Shown here in pieces: positions 55,132 to 55,397 of a stretch of 55,397 nucleotides of DNA. Each line of letters begins with the position of its first letter. Position 1 is the stretch's first letter. Both the position numbers and the translations under genes were made by a program. This DNA comes from Bigelowiella natans CCMP2755 (Eukaryota; Protista; Cercozoa). Location: the NCBI GenBank assembly GCA_000320545.1, contig ADNK01000399.1, positions 1 to 55,397 on the forward strand, given 5' to 3'. Below the pieces are notes generated by a model. It did no database searches, was not told the DNA's origin, and saw only the letters and a program-made list of their open reading frames with translations.

Positions 55132-55310
55132 TGTAATCTGGCCCTCCCCACCTTCCGTTCGTGACGCATTTAGTTCCCATTTTCCGTTGATGGAACCCTA
55201 TCGTCACCAATCACTTCTTCCCCATTCATTCGTTATTGATTCACTCGTAGGTGAGGCAGCCCTGGGCGAGTGCTATCATTTTCGGACCGAAGCGCATCGA
55301 GAACCGAAAG
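52583..55310 (+). CDS. Myb/SANT (telobox-like) domain protein with a C-terminal ASCH domain; 3' end beyond the window
   Basis: Spliced Myb repeat KWTPDMVKALAQ|GVHTYGPKWSVIHGKVLKLRGFT|AGAIRQKWKSL (~53035-53300). Low-complexity linker. IRALT|VRQPWASAIIFGPKRIENRK (55035-55310) matches the ASCH N-terminal signature. Confidence 0.72.
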
Positions 55311-55397
55311 GTAATCTCCCCCCCCACCCCCTCCCCCACCCTCTGTCTCATCCTTCTATTTCTGTTGTTGTTCTTGTTGTTGTGTACGACGTGAAGA

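Overview
Gene-dense, intron-rich, microsatellite-rich eukaryotic nuclear DNA. It is protist-like; signal-peptide leaders on otherwise non-secretory proteins hint at a secondary-plastid alga such as a chlorarachniophyte, which is inference only. Manual GT-AG splicing gives ten genes: Der/EngA GTPase (-, runs off the left edge), an unknown signal-peptide protein (-), an RSL1D1/ribosomal-L1-domain protein with a PDZ domain inserted and a signal peptide (+), a HUWE1/Tom1 HECT E3 ligase (+), a DUF1764 protein with a Zn finger (-), a multidomain HMG-box chromatin protein (+), LZIC (-), cobalamin-dependent methionine synthase (+), a Cys/Met PLP lyase (-) and a Myb+ASCH protein (+, runs off the right edge). 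The most striking unexplained structure is a set of five 0.55-1 kb palindrome-saturated islands (CTAG/CATG/TGCA/AGCT-rich). Nine exact copies of the 12-bp palindrome CATGCTAGCATG fall inside them. An island follows every gene 3' end in the window, and none occurs in the four divergent promoter regions.
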